A stretch of 64,000 bases of DNA from Candidatus Latescibacterota bacterium (GTDB lineage Bacteria; Latescibacterota; UBA2968; UBA8231). The stretch covers positions 512,001-576,000 of the forward strand of contig CBDCSU010000005.1 of assembly GCA_965221775.1 (NCBI GenBank), read 5' to 3'. This document shows, piece after piece, positions 58,291 to 64,000 of the stretch (position 1 is its first letter; each line of letters begins with the position of its first letter). The position numbers and the translations under genes were made by a program. A model generated the notes under the pieces. The model saw only the letters and a list, made by a program, of their open reading frames with translations, ran no database searches and was not told where the DNA came from.

Positions 58291-60939
58291 TCAATAAGCG
58301 ACGGAGAGGACGCCGGAGTGCCGGGCGGAGGTGTCGTCGGAGTCGACGGCGAACCGGTAGAGATAGATGCCGGGGGGCACGAGCAGGCCGTTCTCGTCGC
58401 GGCCGTCCCAAGTGAACCGCAGGGCGCCCGCCGCCGAGTCCCCGGCCTCGATCCGGGCCAGACGGCGGCCGGACAGGTCGTGGATGTCGAGCTCCACCTC
58501 GACCTCCTCGGTGACGAGGAAGAGGTCGAAGGAGAACACGATCTCGTCGTTGATGCCGTCGCCGTTGGGGGTGAAGGGATTGGGGCTGACGAGGGGCGCC
58601 GGGACGACGCTGCCGATGTCCTGGACCACGACGAGGCGGGAGTTGGTGCCCACGTCGGGAGTGGCGTCCCCGTCCTCGGTGGGCTGGGGGATCGCGGTGT
58701 CTCCGAGCTCGTCGTTCCACAGGGAGCTGAGGAACTGCTGGGAGCCCCGGAAGAGCCGGGAGCGGAAGACGACCTCGATGTTCTCGCCGAACTGGAAGTG
58801 CCCGGCACCCATGGAAGGCAGCTTGATCGACAGCTTGTGAGCCCCGGTGACCGGGTCGGTGACGACGGACTGGGCGAACTGCCCCAGGCTGTCGGGGCGG
58901 CCCTCCGCCGGGGCGAGACGGGCGGGATGGACGCCGAGGAGAGGATCGTCGCCGCTGCCGGCGGCGATCTCGACCCAGGCCTGCCCGTCGATACGCAGGG
59001 TGTCGATGCGGCTGTCGATGCTGGGAACGTCGATCTCGATCCGGTTGAAGGCCATCGGGTCCGCCGGCCCGAAGAGCGGCCGGAGGTAGTAGCGGAAGAG
59101 GGCCTCCTCGCCCAGGGGGACGCCGGACGGGAAGATCTCGGCCACCACGCCCCCGGAGACGAGGGGCGTGTCGTAGTCGAACTCGATGAAGTCGAGGAGG
59201 GCGGCGCCGTGCTGGGGGCCGTCGAAGTAGACGCGGAACTGGATGTAGCGGGTGCCTCCGGGCAGGGGCAGCTGGACGCCGGCGTCGCCCCACTCGGACT
59301 CGGGCAGGCTCTCGTCGATGAGGCCGTCCGCCAGCTTGAAGGGCGCCGACCAGTAGCTCCAGCCCCGTCTCCCGTCGGCGCCCACGTCGACGCCCAGCTC
59401 GTTGTAGCGCAGCTCGCGCTGGGGGATGCGGCCGTCGGTGAGCTTGATCCAGGCGAACAGGTCGAGGGGATTGCCGTTATCGTCGCGGTCGTCCTCGAAG
59501 CCGGGGCCCAGCCGGCGGGCGTAGACATGGGTGTCGAGCGAGTTGCCGACCCGGAACTGGATGCGCACGTCGCCGCCGAGGCCGTCGCGGCGGCCCTTCC
59601 AGCGGACCTTGCCCCAGTTGACCTGCTCGCCGGGAAGATCCAGGTCGAACTGGCTCTCGTAGGCCTCGCGCTCGCCGCCGGAGAACTGCTCGATCTCGCG
59701 GTCGTAGCGTCGGGCGCGCGGCGTGGGGACCCCCACGTCGATGACCTCGGAGGTGTACTGGCCGTCGATGGCGAAACCGTCGCCGAAGTGGCCGAGCTCG
59801 GCGATCTGGCTGAGCTTGCCCTCGGGATCGATGGAGTAGATGTCGACGCGCCCGGCCACATAGTCGGGGAAGCGGAGGTTCTTGACCACCGGGGTGAGTT
59901 GGTCGCGGGTGGTGGAGACCAGGGTCCTGTTGGCCTGGATGGTCTCGGCATGGAGGTTGATCGAGGTCTGGTCGCCGTAGCGGATGTAGTAGTTGGCGAT
60001 GGTGCCCCCCGGAAGGGTGGGATGGGGCCGGAAGGTGATGCGGTTGAGGTAGTAGTAACCCATCAGGTTCATCGCGATTCCGCCGCGGCCGTACTTGGTG
60101 CTGTTGAACTCGGTGCGGAGGTTGCCGTCCACCGCCCTCTCGGCGTCCTCCCGGCGGATGACCCCCGCCGCCGCCCAGTAGTCGCCCGAGACGGGGTCGG
60201 AGACCTCGCGGCGGAAGCCGTACTCGCTCGGCACCACCATGTAGGGCCGCTGGGTGTCCTTGCCGGGAATGACCCCGCCGAACTCGCCGGCCTTGTAGCG
60301 CTGGTTGAGCATGTAGGCGAGGTTGCGCAGGCTGTCGAGGCGGATCGGCCGGATCCAGGTGGTCACGCCGCCGCCGTGCCCGGGCATATCGGGATCCTCG
60401 TCCACAAGCCCGTCACCGTCGTCGTCCACCCCGTTGACGGGATCCTCGTTGAGGCGGCCGTCCCAGTCGTCGTCATACTGGCTGTACAGGCCATCCTCGT
60501 TGAGCCGGCCGTCGCCGTCGTTGTCGATCTGCGGATCGGGACCGTCTTCGTTGATGAGCCCGTCGATGTCGTTGTCGATCAACTCGGGCGGATCCTCGTC
60601 GATGAGACCATCGCCGTCGTCGTCGAGGTTGTTGTCCACGTCCTCGTTGAGCAGGCCGTCACCGTCGTTGTCGACCTGCGGGTCCTCGGGGTCCTCGTTG
60701 ATCGTGCCGTCGTCGTCGTTGTCGATGAGGTCGACGGGGTCCTCGTCGATGAGGCCGTCGCCGTCGTCGTCGGCGAGGAGCTCCACGGCCCAGCTGCGTC
60801 CCAGGTCGAGGCGGCCGCTCACCGGCCTCAGGATCCATGGGTGGGTGCCGTCGCCGACGCGCCAAGTCTTGATCTCCGCCCAGCCGTCGCCGGCCAGGAG
60901 CAGGGCGCCCAGCAGCGCCAGGGTCGGTAGCCTGATCAT
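58291..60939 (-). CDS. Secreted protein with 8 acidic DxDxDG repeats and C-terminal FlgD-Ig domain (paralog C)
   Basis: Signal peptide; repeats; AVDGNLRT; SPNPFTPNGDGINDE..WDGRDENGLLVPPGIY..LSVAY. Confidence 0.8.
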   Translation of the reverse strand: MIRLPTLALLGALLLAGDGWAEIKTWRVGDGTHPWILRPVSGRLDLGRSWAVELLADDDGDGLIDEDPVDLIDNDDDGTINEDPEDPQVDNDGDGLLNEDVDNNLDDDGDGLIDEDPPELIDNDIDGLINEDGPDPQIDNDGDGRLNEDGLYSQYDDDWDGRLNEDPVNGVDDDGDGLVDEDPDMPGHGGGVTTWIRPIRLDSLRNLAYMLNQRYKAGEFGGVIPGKDTQRPYMVVPSEYGFRREVSDPVSGDYWAAAGVIRREDAERAVDGNLRTEFNSTKYGRGGIAMNLMGYYYLNRITFRPHPTLPGGTIANYYIRYGDQTSINLHAETIQANRTLVSTTRDQLTPVVKNLRFPDYVAGRVDIYSIDPEGKLSQIAELGHFGDGFAIDGQYTSEVIDVGVPTPRARRYDREIEQFSGGEREAYESQFDLDLPGEQVNWGKVRWKGRRDGLGGDVRIQFRVGNSLDTHVYARRLGPGFEDDRDDNGNPLDLFAWIKLTDGRIPQRELRYNELGVDVGADGRRGWSYWSAPFKLADGLIDESLPESEWGDAGVQLPLPGGTRYIQFRVYFDGPQHGAALLDFIEFDYDTPLVSGGVVAEIFPSGVPLGEEALFRYYLRPLFGPADPMAFNRIEIDVPSIDSRIDTLRIDGQAWVEIAAGSGDDPLLGVHPARLAPAEGRPDSLGQFAQSVVTDPVTGAHKLSIKLPSMGAGHFQFGENIEVVFRSRLFRGSQQFLSSLWNDELGDTAIPQPTEDGDATPDVGTNSRLVVVQDIGSVVPAPLVSPNPFTPNGDGINDEIVFSFDLFLVTEEVEVELDIHDLSGRRLARIEAGDSAAGALRFTWDGRDENGLLVPPGIYLYRFAVDSDDTSARHSGVLSVAY
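60391..60771 (-). repeat. Coding tandem repeat: 8 x D(D/N)DxDGxx(D/N)ED
   Basis: DDDGDGLIDEDP, DNDDDGTINEDP, DNDGDGLLNEDV, DDDGDGLIDEDP, DNDIDGLINEDG, DNDGDGRLNEDG, DDDWDGRLNEDP, DDDGDGLVDEDP. Confidence 0.85.
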
Positions 60940-60958
60940 CGCGCTCCTCCGTCGATTA

Positions 60959-61708
60959 TCAATTCGCCGAAAGCGTCCGCGTGCCGTCCGGGTAGAGGCG
61001 GCCCACTTCGCGCTCGAACCGGTAACGGATGTCCACCGTCTCCAACGGCTCGTTGCGGTGGTCGAAGCGGAGCACCGTGTCGTGGATGGTCACCTCGACC
61101 CGCGAGACATCGGGATGGAGCACCGGAAAGACGAGGTAGCCCTCGAGCTCCTGGCCGCTGAAGACGATCTCCTTCCGGAACATGTTGCGCCGGGCCAGGT
61201 CGATGCGCTCCTGGTAGCGGTTGTACTCGTTGCCCCGGTAACCGAGGACGTAGGCCCGGTAGTAGCTCTTCAACTGACTCACTTCGAGGGTCCAGTAGCG
61301 GCGGCCGTTGTCGGCCGTCAACTCCACCTGCGTCGGGTCGATCTGGACCCTCGGGAAGGCGTAGTTCTTGACGTTCAGGTGAAAGACCGTGAAACGGGGC
61401 TGGCCCTCCGCACCCTCCCCGAGCTCGGTGTCGCCGAAGGTGAAGGGGTTCGTCGACTCCGGTCCGGAGCGGGAGTGGGAGGCGAACTGGCGGTTGAGCT
61501 CGGCGTCGGTGAGCGGGCGGAGCCTCACCTCGAGGCGGCCCTGCGTGTACGTCACCGCCCCGTCGTCGGCCACGGCCACCGCTCTCTGCTGCCCGTCGGA
61601 AGGCCGCAGTGGGCTGGCGTAGTAGGTGTATCCACAGCCGCTGCCGAGGAGGATGATGAGGATGGCGGCGGCCGGCGGCAGGCTCTTATTCATTAGCATA
61701 GCTCCCAT
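60959..61708 (-). CDS. Lipoprotein (paralog 2)
   Basis: Lipobox GSGC; VADDGAVTYTQGRLEVRLRPLTDAELNRQF; FEREVGRLYPDG. Confidence 0.8.
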   Translation of the reverse strand: MGAMLMNKSLPPAAAILIILLGSGCGYTYYASPLRPSDGQQRAVAVADDGAVTYTQGRLEVRLRPLTDAELNRQFASHSRSGPESTNPFTFGDTELGEGAEGQPRFTVFHLNVKNYAFPRVQIDPTQVELTADNGRRYWTLEVSQLKSYYRAYVLGYRGNEYNRYQERIDLARRNMFRKEIVFSGQELEGYLVFPVLHPDVSRVEVTIHDTVLRFDHRNEPLETVDIRYRFEREVGRLYPDGTRTLSAN

Positions 61709-61721
61709 TCGCGCATCGCCT

Positions 61722-61751
61722 AGCCTACGGCGGCCCGGAGGGTGCTGTCAA
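61722..61751 (-). promoter_or_regulatory. Sigma-70 promoter for the lipoprotein/FlgD-protein/GT39 operon
   Basis: Minus strand TTGACA-N18-TAGGCT just upstream of 61708. Confidence 0.5.
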
Positions 61752-61768
61752 GGCCGGCGGCGGAAGGT

Positions 61769-63283
61769 TCAGAACACCTGCTTGCGGTAGCGCTGGGAGT
61801 TGATTCCGAGCTGCACGCGGTACTTGGCCACCGTGCGCCGCGCGATCCGGATACCCTCCTTGCCGAGCTCGTCGGCGATGGCCTGATCGCTGAGGGGCTC
61901 CTGCCTGTCCTCAGCGTCGATCAGGGCGGAGATGCTCTCCTTGACGCTGCGCGCCGACACCTCCTCGCCGTCGTCGCGCTGCACCTTGCTGTCGAAGAAG
62001 TGCTTGAGCTCGAAGACGCCGTGCGGGGTCTCCATGTACTTGCCGTTGCTTACCCTGCTGATGGTCGACACGTGCATGCCCACGGCGTCGGCCAGGTCCT
62101 GAAGTACCATGGGCCTGAGGTGGGCGGGGCCGTGCTCGAACCAGTCCATCTGCGCCCGTACGAGGTAGTTGGCCACTTTCAGCATCGTCGCCCGGCGCTG
62201 GTTGATGGCGTTGATCAGCCAACGGGCGTCGTTGAGCTTCTCCGACACGTAGGACCGGACCTCGTCCTTGCGCCGGCGGCCGTCCACCAGCTGCGCATAG
62301 GAGCGGTTGATGGTCAGGGACGGGAGGTTGCCGTCGGTGAGGCTGACGACCCAGTCCTCTCCGACCTTGTCGACCACCAGGTCGGGGGTGATGTAGTTGA
62401 CGCTGGTATCGAGGGTGAGCATGCCGGGGCTGCTGAACCCGGCCTCCACGGCGGCGCCGGCATTCGGGTGCAGCTGCTCGATCAGCTCCATGGCCCCCTT
62501 CAACTCGTCGTTCTCCACGCCGAGGGCGCGCGTGATCTGCGAGAACCGGCGCCGGGTGAGGTCCTCCATGTGATGGCGCACGATCTTCCGGGCCAGCTCC
62601 AGGTCGTGGTAGTTCTCCTGGCCCTCCTTCAACTCCAGCTGGATCAGCAGGCATTCGCCGAGGTCACGGGCGCCGATGCCGGGAGGCTCGAAGGTCTGTA
62701 TGACCGCCAGGACGCGCTCCACGTCCTCCACCGGGACGGAGATCGCCTCGGCGATCTCCGCGGCCGTGCACGTCAGGTAGCCGCGATCGTCGATGTTGCC
62801 GATGATGAACTCCGCCGTCTCCACGTCCGCCCCTTCCAAGTCGCTCACCAGCAGCTGCTCCTGGAGCAGCTCGATCAGGGGAGTGACGGTGGTGATGCGG
62901 TTCTCCCGGGGCTCCCGGTCCTGCTCCCAGTCCGGGTCGTACTCGGTGGTCTCCTCGTTGTAGGAGTTCTTGTCGAGCTGGTCGTCGAGCAGGGCGTCCC
63001 AGTCGATCTCGTCGAGATCCTCCGGAACCTCTTCCTCCTTCAGCTCCTGCTCCTCGAGGGCGGCTTCCTGCTCGGGCGTCTCCACCTCCTCCGGCTCGAC
63101 CTCGGGCTCCAGCTCCTCCTCCTGCTCCACCACCTCCTCGAGGAGCGGGTTGATCTCCATCTGCTGCTTGATCTCGAGCTCGAGCTCCAGAGTCGACATC
63201 TGCAGAAGCTGCAACGACTGGATCAGCTGCGGCGCCATGCGCTGCTGCAGGCTGAGGTTCTGGGACAGGCGGAGCATCGTCAA
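61769..63283 (-). CDS. rpoN: RNA polymerase sigma-54 factor
   Basis: Q/L-rich region I, NPLLE, PPGIGARDLGECL, HVSTISRV, RpoN box ARRTVAKYR. Confidence 0.97.
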   Translation of the reverse strand: MTMLRLSQNLSLQQRMAPQLIQSLQLLQMSTLELELEIKQQMEINPLLEEVVEQEEELEPEVEPEEVETPEQEAALEEQELKEEEVPEDLDEIDWDALLDDQLDKNSYNEETTEYDPDWEQDREPRENRITTVTPLIELLQEQLLVSDLEGADVETAEFIIGNIDDRGYLTCTAAEIAEAISVPVEDVERVLAVIQTFEPPGIGARDLGECLLIQLELKEGQENYHDLELARKIVRHHMEDLTRRRFSQITRALGVENDELKGAMELIEQLHPNAGAAVEAGFSSPGMLTLDTSVNYITPDLVVDKVGEDWVVSLTDGNLPSLTINRSYAQLVDGRRRKDEVRSYVSEKLNDARWLINAINQRRATMLKVANYLVRAQMDWFEHGPAHLRPMVLQDLADAVGMHVSTISRVSNGKYMETPHGVFELKHFFDSKVQRDDGEEVSARSVKESISALIDAEDRQEPLSDQAIADELGKEGIRIARRTVAKYRVQLGINSQRYRKQVF

Positions 63284-63346
63284 GGCAGTTGTAACTCACA
63301 CTCTGGTAATGATTTGAGACGTACAGGCGAAGGCCTGGCAGGGGCT

Positions 63347-63376
63347 AATCTACCCCGGTGGCCTCGAGCCTGTCAA
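63347..63376 (-). promoter_or_regulatory. Sigma-70 promoter of rpoN
   Basis: Minus strand TTGACA-N18-TAGATT. Confidence 0.5.
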
Positions 63377-63382
63377 GGATCG

Positions 63383-63398
63383 AGGCACAGCATTTGCT
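63383..63398 (+). promoter_or_regulatory. Reverse-oriented sigma-54 binding site upstream of rpoN
   Basis: AGGCACAGCATTTGCT, near-consensus TGGCAC-N5-TTGC(A/T). Confidence 0.55.
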
Positions 63399-63428
63399 GC
63401 AAGCGTTCGACAGCTGGCCGACAGCCTG

Positions 63429-63998
63429 TCACGTCAAACGGAAACGGTCGCCCAGGTAGAGCCTGCGCACGTCCCGGTCCCGGGCCAGGTCCGGAGCGGT
63501 GCCCGAGGTCAGGATCACGCCGTCCACCATGATGTACGCGCGGTCGGCGATCTCGAGGGTCTCGTGAGCGTTGTGGTCGGTGATGAGGATGCTGAGCCCC
63601 CGGGCGCGGAGCTCGCCGACGATCGACTGGATGTCCTCCACCGTGCGCGGGTCGATGCCGGTGAACGGTTCGTCCAGGAGCATGTAGCGGGGTTCCGTGG
63701 CCAGGGCCCGGGCGATCTCGACGCGGCGGGTCTCGCCCCCGGAGAGGCTGTCGGCGCGCTGTCCGGCCCGGGCCTCGAGGTCGAGCTCGGCGAGGAGGCC
63801 GGCGGCGCGCGCCTCCCGCTCCCGGCGGCCGACGCCGCGCGCCTCGAGGACGGCGGAGACGTTCTGCGCCACCGTGAGACCCCGGAAGATCGACGTCTCC
63901 TGCGGCAGATAGCCGATGCCCCGGCGGGCCCGCTGGTACATGGGCAGCCGGGTCAGGTCCTCGTCATCGAGCAGCACGCGGCCATCATCGGGGCGCAC
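63429..63998 (-). CDS. lptB: LPS export ABC transporter ATP-binding protein (5' end outside window)
   Basis: LPMYQRARRGIGYLPQE.SIFR.LTV, LSGGETRRVEIARAL, LDEPF, ILITDHN, YLGDRF; conserved lptB-rpoN synteny. Confidence 0.95.
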   Translation of the reverse strand: MRPDDGRVLLDDEDLTRLPMYQRARRGIGYLPQETSIFRGLTVAQNVSAVLEARGVGRREREARAAGLLAELDLEARAGQRADSLSGGETRRVEIARALATEPRYMLLDEPFTGIDPRTVEDIQSIVGELRARGLSILITDHNAHETLEIADRAYIMVDGVILTSGTAPDLARDRDVRRLYLGDRFRLT

Positions 63999-64000
63999 GA

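Noticed and set aside
60391-60771. CRISPR array
   Set aside because: Repeats are in-frame, degenerate at third codon positions and encode a protein motif; no cas genes.
42998-60939. Flagellar gene cluster (FlgD)
   Set aside because: Only the Ig-like C-terminal domain is shared; no flagellar genes are present.

Overview
High-GC bacterial window with no rRNA, tRNA, CRISPR array, integrase or transposase that I can recognise. The protein repertoire suggests an FCB-group candidate lineage such as Latescibacterota or a relative (inference). Supporting signs are C-terminal 'SWxRIK' tails, FlgD/CHU_C-like Ig C-termini, DUF4838 and propeller glycosidase-like proteins. Housekeeping genes include an RND pump pair, clpP, mutM, an ABC-F protein, an anaerobic sulfatase maturase, fhs, a two-component pair, fabI, kduD, rpoN and partial lptB. 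Two accessory loci stand out. (1) 25.0-35.8 kb: a translationally coupled operon. Its first gene is a 2473-aa protein in which a complete UDP-glucose/GDP-mannose-dehydrogenase fold is split by several large insertions and fused to an ATP-grasp ligase. A second ATP-grasp protein and an L-fucokinase-like GHMP kinase follow. (2) 41.9-61.7 kb: two convergent operons encoding three paralogous secreted FlgD-Ig-tailed proteins with Ca-binding-type repeats, a probable outer-membrane barrel, two paralogous lipoproteins, a parvulin PPIase, an SGNH-TPR protein and a GT39-TPR glycosyltransferase. This looks like an undescribed surface-assembly or secretion system. Smaller oddities are a single-chain triple RidA-like protein, a triple DUF5069 protein, a decayed PIN toxin, a low-GC PIN module and a reverse-oriented sigma-54 box at rpoN. 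All family calls come from motifs read by eye, not from database searches.
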